A stretch of 64,000 nt of DNA from Vicinamibacteria bacterium (GTDB lineage: Bacteria; Acidobacteriota; Vicinamibacteria; Vicinamibacterales; UBA8438). The notes under the pieces are model-generated. The model did no database searches. It was not told where the DNA came from and worked only from the letters and a program-made list of their open reading frames with translations. Positions 25,619 to 34,937 of this stretch are shown here, piece by piece; within the stretch, counting starts at the first letter, position 1, and every line of letters begins with the position of its first letter. The stretch lies in assembly GCA_022821235.1 (NCBI GenBank), contig JAJEEA010000129.1, positions 3,931-67,930 of the forward strand, written 5' to 3'. The translations under genes and the position numbers were made by a program.

Positions 25619-27688
25619 ATGGACAGATTCAAGCGTGCAGTCGTCGCCGCACTGGTTGCCGCAGCCGCGATCCTGGCCGGAACCGCGCAGGGGCAGCCGC
25701 CCGAGCCCGGGAGCCGCTTCGCGGCCGAGGACTGGCCGCTCGCCGGCGGCGACTGGACGAGCTCGCGCTACTCGACGCTGGACCAGATCTCCACCGACAC
25801 GATCGACAGGCTGGGCGGCGCCTGGGTCACCCGGCTCGAGGGCGGCGGGTCGTCGCGCTCGACCCCCGTAGTGAAGGACGGCGTGCTCTACCTCACCGCC
25901 GGCGCCAGCGTGCTGGCCGTCGACGGCGCCACCGGCGAGACGCGGTGGCGCTGGCAGGCCGAGGACGCCGCGTCGCGGATGGCGCCGTCGTGGCAGGGCG
26001 TCGGGCTGAGCGACGACCTCGTGTTCGTCGGGCTGCGGAGCGTGCAGGTGGCGGCGCTCCGGCAGGACACCGGCGAGCTGGTGTGGGCGACGACGGTGGG
26101 CAGCGTGCCGGCGGTGGCGGGCGAGACGGTCACCACCGCGCCCATGCATGCCGCCGGCAAGGTGTTCGTGGGCGTGGCCAACGGCGACAGCGGGGGACAG
26201 GGACGGGTGGTGGCGGTCGACGCGGCGACCGGCGAGGTGGCCTGGACCTTCTTCGTCATCCCGCGTCCCGGCGAGTTCGGCCACGACACGTGGCCGCAGG
26301 ACTCCGACATCTGGGAGGTCGGGGGCGGCGGCGTGTGGCTGGTGGGGACGGTCGATCCGGAGCTGGGGCTCGTCTACTTCGCGACCGGCAACCCGGTGCC
26401 GATGTTCGGCGGCGAGATCCGGGCCGGCGACAACCTCTTCGCGGCCTCGATGCTCGCCCTCGACATGGAGACCGGCGAGCGCCGCTGGCACTTCCAGGTG
26501 GTGCGGCACGACATCTGGGACGCCGACATCGCCACCCCGATGCTGCTCTACGACGTGGAGATGGACGGCCGGATGCGGAAGGGCGTGGCCGCCATCCGGG
26601 CCGACGGCTACCTGTTCCTGTTCGACCGGGAGACCGGCGAGCCGCTGATCCCCATCGAGCAGCGGCCGGTGCCGCAGGACCCGGGCCAGCTCACCGCCGA
26701 CACCCAGCCGTTCCCGGTGGGGGCCGAGCGCATCATTCCCGACTGCTCGTACTGGCGCGATCGGGTGCCGCCGCCGTTCGAGCTGAGCTGCAGCTTCTTC
26801 ACGCCGCCCACCGTCGACCAGCCGCACGTGGTGGCGCTCGGCTCGCCGATTCCGATGGTGCGGGTGACGCCGATGTCGTTCAGCCCCCAGACCGGCCTGA
26901 TCTACGCGCAGGGCCGGAGTCACGTGGGGTTCGCCAAGCGCTTCGAGGACCCGTGGATCTCCGACAACCGCCCCGCCGGCTACCTGCGGCTCGGCCTCCC
27001 CGAGTCGGCCGGGGTGCTGGCCGCCGTCGACCCGCGCACCAACACCGTGACCTGGAAGCAGGACCTCGTGGGCGGGCGGCTGGCCACCAGCGGCCCCATG
27101 TCGACGGCCGGCGGGCTGGTGTTCTGGGGCTCGGCCGACGGCCAGCTCGACGCCTACGACGCCGCCACCGGCGAGCGGCTGTGGGCGTTCCAGGCCGCCC
27201 CGGCCGGGCTGCGGATGCGGCCCGGGCCGGTGTCCACCTACGCTGTCGACGGGCGGCAGTACGTGGCCCTGCCGATGGGCAGCGAGCTCTGGGCGTTCGC
27301 CCTCGACGGCGAGCTGGCCCCGCGCGACGAGCCGGTGGCCGACCCGCCCGACCTCGTCCGGTGGACGGGCCCGGCGCCGGTCGAGACCGACGAGATCCAG
27401 ACCGGCACCCTGCGCGAGAACCCGTCCTGGTCGCTGGGCGGCAATCGGAGCGCCCTCGACGAGCATGCGTTCAACCCGCAGCGGATCCGCGTGAGGGCCG
27501 GCACGCGGGTGCGGTTCGTCAACAACGGCCGCACGCCGCGCACCATCGAGGCCCTGGACGGAAGCTGGACCACCGGCGTCATCGAGCCGGGGCTGTTCGA
27601 GTACGTCGCCTTCGAGTCGCCCGGGACGTACCGGTTCCACTCCGCCGACCACCCCTGGGCGCTGGGCGAGGTCACGGTCGTGCCGTGA
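25619..27688 (+). CDS. PQQ-dependent dehydrogenase (8-blade quinoprotein) with C-terminal cupredoxin-like domain lacking the Cu ligands
   Basis: Signal peptide. Quinoprotein motifs (GDWTSSRYSTLDQI, DAATGEVAWTF, GGGVW, FATGNP, AGDNLFAASMLALDMETGERRWHFQVVRHDIWD). The tail RFVNNGRTPRTIEA...GTYRFHSADHPWALGEVTVV aligns to the plastocyanin ligand loops. Confidence 0.9.
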   Translation: MDRFKRAVVAALVAAAAILAGTAQGQPPEPGSRFAAEDWPLAGGDWTSSRYSTLDQISTDTIDRLGGAWVTRLEGGGSSRSTPVVKDGVLYLTAGASVLAVDGATGETRWRWQAEDAASRMAPSWQGVGLSDDLVFVGLRSVQVAALRQDTGELVWATTVGSVPAVAGETVTTAPMHAAGKVFVGVANGDSGGQGRVVAVDAATGEVAWTFFVIPRPGEFGHDTWPQDSDIWEVGGGGVWLVGTVDPELGLVYFATGNPVPMFGGEIRAGDNLFAASMLALDMETGERRWHFQVVRHDIWDADIATPMLLYDVEMDGRMRKGVAAIRADGYLFLFDRETGEPLIPIEQRPVPQDPGQLTADTQPFPVGAERIIPDCSYWRDRVPPPFELSCSFFTPPTVDQPHVVALGSPIPMVRVTPMSFSPQTGLIYAQGRSHVGFAKRFEDPWISDNRPAGYLRLGLPESAGVLAAVDPRTNTVTWKQDLVGGRLATSGPMSTAGGLVFWGSADGQLDAYDAATGERLWAFQAAPAGLRMRPGPVSTYAVDGRQYVALPMGSELWAFALDGELAPRDEPVADPPDLVRWTGPAPVETDEIQTGTLRENPSWSLGGNRSALDEHAFNPQRIRVRAGTRVRFVNNGRTPRTIEALDGSWTTGVIEPGLFEYVAFESPGTYRFHSADHPWALGEVTVVP

Positions 27689-27695
27689 GGCGAGG

Positions 27696-27750
27696 GTCGA
27701 GTACGTCGCCTTCGATGCGCCCGGGGACGTACCGGTTTCACGCCGGCAAC
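27696..27750 (+). repeat. degenerate duplicate of the last ~55 nt-equivalent of the PQQ dehydrogenase gene
   Basis: GTCGAGTACGTCGCCTTCGATGCGCCCGGGGACGTACCGGTTTCAC matches TTCGAGTACGTCGCCTTCGAGTCGCCCGGGACGTACCGGTTCCAC at 27596, exactly 100 nt upstream. Confidence 0.7.
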
Positions 27751-27824
27751 CGCCGGCAGGAGGCCGAGGCGGCGGGCAGACGGTAGGCGAAGTCGTGGTG
27801 GACGGATAACGGCCGGACCATGGT

Positions 27825-28134
27825 TTGAAGAGAAAGAGAGATCTCAATTCCGCATTTGCGTTCGAAGAACTCGAAAACAACCTCCATCCGGCCCTGTTGC
27901 GACGGCTCTTCCGCCATCTCGAAGAATATGCTGCCAACGAGAAAACTGAGATCTTTCTTACGATCCACCTCAAGTACGGCTCTGGATTGCTATGGGACGT
28001 CCGAGTGTGCGCAGATCATCCACGTTGCACATAAAGGGGAGGAGGCCCGCGCGGCGGTGGTGTCCGCCCATTTTGATCGCCTTGGCGTGGTTGCAGAGTT
28101 GGGAGCGAGGCCGTCGGATCTGCTGCAGGGGCAG
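27825..28134 (+). pseudogene. 3' stump of an AAA_21/OLD-type ATPase gene (5'-truncated and frameshifted)
   Basis: Low-GC patch. FEELENNLHPALLRRLFRHLEEYAANEKTEIFLT is in one frame and AQIIHVAHKGEEARAAVV...VVAELGARPSDLLQ in another. No Walker A region is present upstream. Confidence 0.6.
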
Positions 28135-28193
28135 ACGGGCTCTGTAACATCTTCTGGTAGCTTCCGGGGACTTGCCCGGCAGGAATGGCGACG

Positions 28194-29780
28194 ATGCGGA
28201 AGTTCAACATCGCGGGTCCCGTCGTCGCGGCGGACCACTACCACATCCCGCCGCTCGACCGGGTGAACCTGGACGACGTGCTCGATCTGGTGCGGGACAA
28301 GACGTACTTCGTGCTCCATGCGCCGCGGCAGACGGGCAAGACGTCGGCGCTGCTCGCGTTGCGGGACCTGCTGAACGCCGCGGGCGACTACCGTTGCGTG
28401 TACGTGAGCGTCGAGGCCGTCCAGGCGCTCCGCGAGAACGTGGCCGAGGGCATGCGCGCGGTGCTGGCGGAGCTGGCGCTGCAGGCGGGCGCGACGCTGG
28501 GCGACGAGTCGCTGGAGGGCATCTGGCCCGGCGTGCTGGAGCGCGTCGGGCCGGGCCAGGCGCTGCGTCAGGCCCTCTTTCGTTGGTGCATGGCCGATCC
28601 GCGGCCGCTGGTGCTCCTGATCGACGAGATCGACGCGCTGGTCGGGGACACGCTGCTGTCCGTGCTGCGTCAGTTGCGCGCCGGCTACCCGGACCGGCCC
28701 GGGCGTTTTCCGCACAGCGTGATCCTGTGCGGGGTGCGGGACGTTCGGGACTACCGCATTCATTCCTCGGCGGAGAACGCGGCGGTGCTCGGCGGCAGCG
28801 CGTTCAACGTCAAGTCCGCCTCGCTCCGCCTGGGCGACTTCACAGAAGCGGAGACGCGGGCGCTGCTCGCGCAGCACACCGAGGAGACCGGGCAGGCGTT
28901 CACCGGCGACGCGCTGGCGGCCGTCTGGAGGCGGACGGCGGGGCAGCCGTGGCTGGTGAACGCGCTGTGCCGCGAGGCCTGCTTCGGGAGCGGCGCGGTC
29001 CGAGACCGGGGCCGCGCGATCGCGTTGGACGACATCGTCGACGCCCAGGAACGGGTGATCCTGGCCCGCGCCACCCACCTCGACGATCTGGCCGACAGGC
29101 TGCCCGAGGAGCGGGTGCGGCGGGTGGTGGCGCCGATGCTGACGGGCGCCGCGAGTCGGGACAGCTACGCCGAGCGCGGCCGCGACGTGGAATACGCGCG
29201 CGACCTGGGCCTGTTGGCGCAGAGCGACGCGAAGCGCATCGCCAACCCCATCTACGCGGAGGTGATTCCACGCGAGCTGACCTTCGTGACCCAGGACGAC
29301 ATCGAGGCGGAGACGGCGTGGTACGTGGGCTCGGGCGGGGACCTGGACGTGGACGGGTTGCTGGCGGCGTTCCAGCAGTTCTTCCGTGAGCACTCGGAGC
29401 ACTGGACGCAGCGTTTCGACCGCTATCGGGAGGCCGGCCCGCAGCTTCTGCTGCAGGCCTATCTGCAGAAGGTGGTGAACGGCGGCGGCCGCATCGAGCG
29501 CGAGTACGCCCTGGGCCGCGGACGCGTCGACCTGCTGATCCTGTGGCCGCAGGGGAATCGCACCCGGCGGTTCGTCGTCGAATGCAAGGTGCGCGGCAAC
29601 GGGCTGGAGCGCACCATCCGCCAGGGCGTCGAGCAGACGCGGGGCTACATGGATTGCTGCGGCGCCGAGTCGGGCCACCTCATCGTCTTCGACCGCTCGC
29701 AGGAAAGGACCTGGGCGGAGAAGATCTTCCGCCGCGAGCCGGCCGCAAGCGGCGCGCCGGTCACTGTCTGGGGCATGTGA
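28194..29780 (+). CDS. P-loop NTPase fused to a C-terminal PD-(D/E)XK nuclease-like domain (copy B)
   Basis: Full-length paralog of 23581..25170, with the same Walker A/B and GRGRVDLLILWPQGNRTRRFVVECKV. An alternative start at 28185 adds 3 aa. Confidence 0.85.
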   Translation: MRKFNIAGPVVAADHYHIPPLDRVNLDDVLDLVRDKTYFVLHAPRQTGKTSALLALRDLLNAAGDYRCVYVSVEAVQALRENVAEGMRAVLAELALQAGATLGDESLEGIWPGVLERVGPGQALRQALFRWCMADPRPLVLLIDEIDALVGDTLLSVLRQLRAGYPDRPGRFPHSVILCGVRDVRDYRIHSSAENAAVLGGSAFNVKSASLRLGDFTEAETRALLAQHTEETGQAFTGDALAAVWRRTAGQPWLVNALCREACFGSGAVRDRGRAIALDDIVDAQERVILARATHLDDLADRLPEERVRRVVAPMLTGAASRDSYAERGRDVEYARDLGLLAQSDAKRIANPIYAEVIPRELTFVTQDDIEAETAWYVGSGGDLDVDGLLAAFQQFFREHSEHWTQRFDRYREAGPQLLLQAYLQKVVNGGGRIEREYALGRGRVDLLILWPQGNRTRRFVVECKVRGNGLERTIRQGVEQTRGYMDCCGAESGHLIVFDRSQERTWAEKIFRREPAASGAPVTVWGM

Positions 29781-30048
29781 GGTTCGCGAACGCCGCCGGC
29801 GAGATCGCCATACGCCAGCGACGCCGTCGAGCGCATCACCGGCCCACCCCCCCGATGTCCCTCCGCGCCTGCCGGTGGGCCAGGGCCTGACCTCCCCCTG
29901 CCCGCAGGCCCGAACCTCCATCGCCGGCGTCGGTGAGCTGCGGCCCGCGGAGCGTCGGGAACAGCGGGCCGGCGGAACGGGTCGAAACGGTATGCTGTAG
30001 AACCGGAGGCGTCGCGAAAGGCCGGGAGGATACCCGCGGGAGGAGATC

Positions 30049-31512
30049 ATGCGTGCGCAACCGATCGTCGCCGGTTCGGCCGTGGCGCTGCTGATGACCG
30101 TGACCTCGGCCGGCGGCGTCGCCGCGGCCGAGAACTGGCCGGCATGGCGCGGGCCGACCGGGGACGGCGTCAGCACCGAGACCGGCCTGCCGGTGGAGTG
30201 GGACACCGAGCGGAACATCGCCTGGAAGCTCCCGATGCCCGCCTGGTCGGGATCGACCCCCATCGTCTGGGGCGATCTGATCTTCCTGAACGTCGCGGTC
30301 GACGACGACGACATCGAGCTGTGGTGCCTCGACCGGGACACCGGCGAGCCGATCTGGCAGCGTCATCTCAGCGCCGGCAACCGCCGCCTCCGCAAGCAGA
30401 ACATGTCGTCCCCGTCCCCCGTGACCGACGGCGAGCACGTCTGGGTGATGACGGGCACGGGCATCCTCAAGGCCTTCGATGTCGACGGCAACGAGCTGTG
30501 GATGCGCGACATCCCGGCTTCCTACGGCCCGTTCGGGTTGAACTGGGGCTACGCCTCGTCGCCGCTGCTGCACGGCGGAGCCCTCTTCGTGCAGGTGCTG
30601 CACGGGATGCGGACCGACGACCCGTCCTACGTCCTGCGCATCGATGCGCTCAGCGGCGAGACGGTCTGGCGGGTCGAGCGGCCGACGCTGGCCGTGCGGG
30701 AGTCTCCGGACTCGTACTCGACGCCGGCGCTGCTCGAGTACGACGGGACGACGGAGATCGTGATCACGGGCGGGGACGCGGTGACGGGGCACGACCCCGA
30801 GACCGGGCAGGAGCTGTGGCGGGCCGACGGACTGAACCCCACGCGGCAGCGCGACTACCGCATCGTGGCCTCGCCGCTCGTGCACGACGGGGTGATCTAC
30901 GCCCCGACCAGCGTCCGGCCGCTGCTGGCGCTGCGGCCCGGCGGGCGGGGCGACGTGCTGGACACGCACGTCGTCTGGTCGTCGGACGACGGGCCGGACG
31001 TGCCGACGCCGGTCACCGACGGCGATTACTTCTACGTGGTCAACGACCGCGGCATCGTCTACGTGACCGACGCCAAGACCGGGGCGCCGGTCTACGGGCC
31101 CGAGCGCATTCGCCGGGGCACCTACAGCGCGTCGCCGGTGCTGGCCGACGGCAGGATCTACGTCACCAACGAGAACGGCATGACCACCGTCCTGCGGGCC
31201 GGGCCCGAGTTCGAGGTGCTGGCGGAGAACGACTTCGACGACTACGTCCTCAGCTCGCCCGCGGTGTCCGAGGGACAGTTGTTCATCCGCACCACCGGCC
31301 ATCTCTATGCCATCGGGGACCGCCGCTCGCCGCCCGCCGTCACGGAGAACGTCGCGGTCGAAGCGGCCGCGGCGGAGGACGAGCCGCCTGCCCCCGTCGA
31401 CGAGCCGCAACAGGCCGTGAGCTGGCGGACCCTCGTCGTCGGCGCGGGAATCGTGCTGGCCGTAGCCGTACTGCTGGTTGCGGGGTGGCGATGGGGATCG
31501 CGGCGGCGGTGA
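30049..31512 (+). CDS. PQQ-like beta-propeller repeat protein with C-terminal membrane anchor
   Basis: Signal peptide then [15 protein letters not shown]. Repeated D-x-x-T-G-x-x-W blades. C-terminal [26 protein letters not shown] Shine-Dalgarno. Confidence 0.85.
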   Translation: MRAQPIVAGSAVALLMTVTSAGGVAAAENWPAWRGPTGDGVSTETGLPVEWDTERNIAWKLPMPAWSGSTPIVWGDLIFLNVAVDDDDIELWCLDRDTGEPIWQRHLSAGNRRLRKQNMSSPSPVTDGEHVWVMTGTGILKAFDVDGNELWMRDIPASYGPFGLNWGYASSPLLHGGALFVQVLHGMRTDDPSYVLRIDALSGETVWRVERPTLAVRESPDSYSTPALLEYDGTTEIVITGGDAVTGHDPETGQELWRADGLNPTRQRDYRIVASPLVHDGVIYAPTSVRPLLALRPGGRGDVLDTHVVWSSDDGPDVPTPVTDGDYFYVVNDRGIVYVTDAKTGAPVYGPERIRRGTYSASPVLADGRIYVTNENGMTTVLRAGPEFEVLAENDFDDYVLSSPAVSEGQLFIRTTGHLYAIGDRRSPPAVTENVAVEAAAAEDEPPAPVDEPQQAVSWRTLVVGAGIVLAVAVLLVAGWRWGSRRR

Positions 31513-31700
31513 ACGGGGGAGGTCTGTGCCTCACGGGACGGCAGCCAGTCGTCCGGAGGTAGGCTGCCCGGCACGCGGTGTTCATGCGGCTTCCCCGGCT
31601 GGTTGGCAGCTTCCCGGGCGCCCACAGCCGCTCGTTCAGGGCCTCGGCACCAGCTTCTTCGGGTATTTCGCCGCCCAGAGATGCCATAATTGCTCTCATT

Positions 31701-32849
31701 GTGGCGATAGAAAGGACATTTTTTCGCCCACCTTCGGGGCACTTCTTCCTGTTCGGCCCGCGTGGAACCGGCAAGAGCACTTGGCTGGAGGCCGCGTTCC
31801 CGCAGGCCGTCCGGGTCGATCTGTTGGCGCCGGCGCAGCAGCGGCAGTACGCGGCCCGGCCGGAGCGGCTGCGTGAGCTGGCGGCGGCGCCCGGCGTGGC
31901 CGACATCGTGATCGATGAAGTGCAGCGGGTTCCCGAGCTGCTCACCGTCGTCCACCAGCTCATGGAGGAGCCCGGCAGCCCCCGCTTCGTGCTGACCGGA
32001 TCGAGCGCGCGGAAGCTCAAGCGCGCCGGCGTCGATCTCCTCGCCGGCCGCGCGGTCGTGCGGCGGATGCACCCGTTCATGGCGGCCGAGCTCGGCGCGG
32101 GCTTCGATCTGGGGGCGGCCCTCGACCATGGACTGCTGCCGTTGGTCTGGGACGCCGACGATCCCGCCGATACGTTGAGCGCCTACGCGGGGCTGTACGT
32201 CCAGCAGGAGGTCCAGACCGAGGGGCTGGTGCGCGACCTGGGCGCCTTCCACCGGTTTCTCGAGGCCGTCAGCTTCTCGCAGGCGGCCGTGCTCAACACG
32301 AGCGACGTGGCGCGGGAGTGCGAGGTGCGCCGCAAGACGGTGGAGGGGTTCATCGAGATCCTGGAAGACCTCCTGCTCGCGTTCCGGCTCCCGGTCTTCG
32401 CGCGCCGCGCGCGCCGGCAGGTCACGACGCATCCCAAGTTCTTCTTCGCCGACGCCGGCGTGTTCCGGTCGCTACGCCCGGCGGGGCCGCTGGATCGGCC
32501 GGAGGAAGCCCGCGGCGCGGCGCTCGAGGGACTGGTCGCGCAGCACTTGCGGGCGTGGATCGACTACTCCGGGGCCGCCGCCACCCTCGCGTTCTGGCGG
32601 ACGCGGGCCGGCAGCGAGGTCGACTTCGTGCTCTACGGCCGCGACGTGTTCTGGGCCCTCGAGGTCAAGCACGCCGCGCGCATCCGGCCGGCGGACCTCA
32701 GGTCGTTGAAGAGCTTCGCGCAGGACTACCCGGAGGCGCAGGCCCGGCTGGCCTACCTCGGCGACGAACGCCTGCTGATCGACGGCATCCTGTGCCTGCC
32801 GGTGACCGAGATCCTGCACGGCATCGTCCCGGGGGTCCCGCTGCCTTGA
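31701..32849 (+). CDS. AAA ATPase with DUF4143-like C-terminal region
   Basis: Walker A FLFGPRGTGKST and Walker B IVIDEVQRVPEL, with LTGSSARKL. The C-terminus ends EVDFVL...ALEVKHAARIRPADLRSLKSF. The GTG 31701 start is inferred from an AT-rich patch, and ORF-track 31578 is probably too long. Confidence 0.75.
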   Translation: MAIERTFFRPPSGHFFLFGPRGTGKSTWLEAAFPQAVRVDLLAPAQQRQYAARPERLRELAAAPGVADIVIDEVQRVPELLTVVHQLMEEPGSPRFVLTGSSARKLKRAGVDLLAGRAVVRRMHPFMAAELGAGFDLGAALDHGLLPLVWDADDPADTLSAYAGLYVQQEVQTEGLVRDLGAFHRFLEAVSFSQAAVLNTSDVARECEVRRKTVEGFIEILEDLLLAFRLPVFARRARRQVTTHPKFFFADAGVFRSLRPAGPLDRPEEARGAALEGLVAQHLRAWIDYSGAAATLAFWRTRAGSEVDFVLYGRDVFWALEVKHAARIRPADLRSLKSFAQDYPEAQARLAYLGDERLLIDGILCLPVTEILHGIVPGVPLP

Positions 32850-32868
32850 TGGACGGCGACGAACAGGC

Positions 32869-33069
32869 TCATCCGCGTGAGCGCTCTGCCTTGTAGTCGA
32901 ATGTCGGGTCCCAATCGAGCGAGTCGAACAGCTCGAGCAACCGGCCTTGTTCCCGCCGTGCAATGAACTCCTGAAGCGCCAAGGTCACAGCAGCGGTCTT
33001 GGTTCTCTTGCCGCTGAGCTTCAGGACGCGCTCCAGCAGGTCGGGGCTGATCGCCAGCTTCGTCGCCAT
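32869..33069 (-). CDS. orphan VapB-type antitoxin (DUF2191 / Arc-MetJ-like)
   Basis: MATKLAISPDLLERVLKLSGKRTKTAAVTLALQEFIARREQGRLLELF. There is no PIN gene downstream, because the next 20 nt abut the convergent ATPase gene. Confidence 0.7.
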   Translation of the reverse strand: MATKLAISPDLLERVLKLSGKRTKTAAVTLALQEFIARREQGRLLELFDSLDWDPTFDYKAERSRG

Positions 33070-33208
33070 CTCCGTATGGTCGCACAACGCACTGCATAAT
33101 CGCTGCATTCCGGTTGGCGAGATCGCGGTCGACCCGCGACGCCGTCCGGCGGTATGCTGTCGCAACTCGCAATCGGCAACCCGCGGCCGCTTTTTCGCAG
33201 GACATGAC

Positions 33209-34672
33209 ATGGCAAGAGCCTTCACCCGACGCGACTTCCTCACGGCGAGCGCAACTGCGGCCGCCTGCCTCGCGACCCGCCCCGCGTTCGCGCAGGCCAC
33301 TGACCCGACCGACCTGACCATCGCCGAGGCGCAGCGCCTCGTTCGCCGGCGCGACCTCTCGCCGCTGGAGCTCGTCGAGGCCTACCTCGCGCGCATCCGG
33401 CGCCTGGACGACCGGCTCAACGCGTTCGTGACGGTGACCGAGGAGCGCGCCGTCGAGCGCGCGCGGGCGCTCGAGGGGGAGCTGGCGGCCGGCCGGTGGC
33501 GCGGCCCGCTGCACGGCATTCCGATTGCGCTGAAGGACAACATCGACACCGCGGGAGTGCTGACGACGGCGGCGAGCGCGGTGTACGCGGACCGCGTTCC
33601 GGACGAGGACGCCGAGGTGGTGACGCGGCTCGAGGCGGCGGGCGCGATCGTGCTGGGCAAGCTCAACATGCACGAGTTCGCCTACGGCGGCACGTCGGCG
33701 TTCACCCACACCGGCCCCGTGCGCAACCCGTGGGACACCGACCGCATCCCCGGCGGGTCGTCCGGCGGCTCCGGGGCGGCGGTCGCGGCGCGGCTGTGCG
33801 CCGGCGCCCTCGGCACCGACACCGGGGGATCGGTCCGCATCCCCGCCGCGCACTGCGGCATCGCCGGCCTCAAGCCGACCTACGGGCTCGCGAGCATCCG
33901 CGGCATCGTCCCCCTCAGCGTCTCGCTCGACCACGTCGGCCCGATGTGCCGGTCGGTCGCCGACGCCGCGCTCATGCTGCAGCCGATGGCCGGCTACGAC
34001 CCGCGGGGCATCGCCAGCATCGAGGCCGACATTCCCGACTACGCGGGCGCGCTCCGGCGGCGGACGTCGGCGATGCGCCTCGGCGTGCCGCGCGCGTTCT
34101 ACGAGGACGTCGACCCGCAGGTGCTGGCCGCCGTCGAGCGCGCGCTCGGCGTCCTCGGCGACCTCACGGCGGACACGCGGGACGTGGAGCTGCCGCCGCT
34201 GCCGGCGGCGCGCACGGTGGGGGTCGAGGCGTACGCCTATCACGCAGACCTCCTCGAGGAGCATCGCGGCCTGTACGCCGAGAGCACGCTGGCGCGCATC
34301 GAGGGGGGCGCGGAGATGTCCGCGGCCGACTACGCCGAGGCGCGCTACCAGCTCGCGCTGGTGAGGAAGGCGGTCGCCGCGGTGTTCGACGACGTCGACG
34401 TCCTCGTCACACCCACGCTGGTCGAGCTTCCCGTCAGCATCGAGGCGGCGATGGCGTCGCCGCTCGAGGCGACCGCGACCCTGATTCGGAACACGGCGCC
34501 CTTCAACGGCTACGGCACCCCCGCCATCACCGTCCCGTGCGGCTTCAGCCGCGAGGGCCTGCCCATCGGGCTGCAGCTCTGCGGCCGCGCCCTCGGCGAG
34601 GTCGACGTGCTCGCGCTCGCGCACGCCTACGAGCAGGCGACGGACTGGCACGAGCGGACGCCGCCGCTGTGA
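33209..34672 (+). CDS. amidase-signature family amidase with Tat signal
   Basis: MARAFTRRDFLTASATAAACLA. LHGIPIALKDNIDTAG. GGSSGGSGAAVAARLCAGALGTDTGGSVRIPAAHCGIAGLKPTYG. Confidence 0.9.
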   Translation: MARAFTRRDFLTASATAAACLATRPAFAQATDPTDLTIAEAQRLVRRRDLSPLELVEAYLARIRRLDDRLNAFVTVTEERAVERARALEGELAAGRWRGPLHGIPIALKDNIDTAGVLTTAASAVYADRVPDEDAEVVTRLEAAGAIVLGKLNMHEFAYGGTSAFTHTGPVRNPWDTDRIPGGSSGGSGAAVAARLCAGALGTDTGGSVRIPAAHCGIAGLKPTYGLASIRGIVPLSVSLDHVGPMCRSVADAALMLQPMAGYDPRGIASIEADIPDYAGALRRRTSAMRLGVPRAFYEDVDPQVLAAVERALGVLGDLTADTRDVELPPLPAARTVGVEAYAYHADLLEEHRGLYAESTLARIEGGAEMSAADYAEARYQLALVRKAVAAVFDDVDVLVTPTLVELPVSIEAAMASPLEATATLIRNTAPFNGYGTPAITVPCGFSREGLPIGLQLCGRALGEVDVLALAHAYEQATDWHERTPPL

Positions 34673-34937
34673 AGGCCGTCTGGGGACCGCGTGGCGACCC
34701 GACCATGGATGGTCACGTGCCAAGCGCTGGACCCGCAGAAGACCGCCTGCGCCTGGGTGCGGTTGGCGAACCTGTATCGACCACCGCCTTGTGGACGAGT
34801 CCTGAGTGCCTGCAAGCCCGAGCCATCGGGGGAGTACCGGAGCGTCGCGGCAGCGACCGGAACCGCGCTACCCGACCTTCCTCGAAGACACGACCTTGGG
34901 AGACTCCGTCCGTGGACCGGTTGCTGAGAGACGATCG

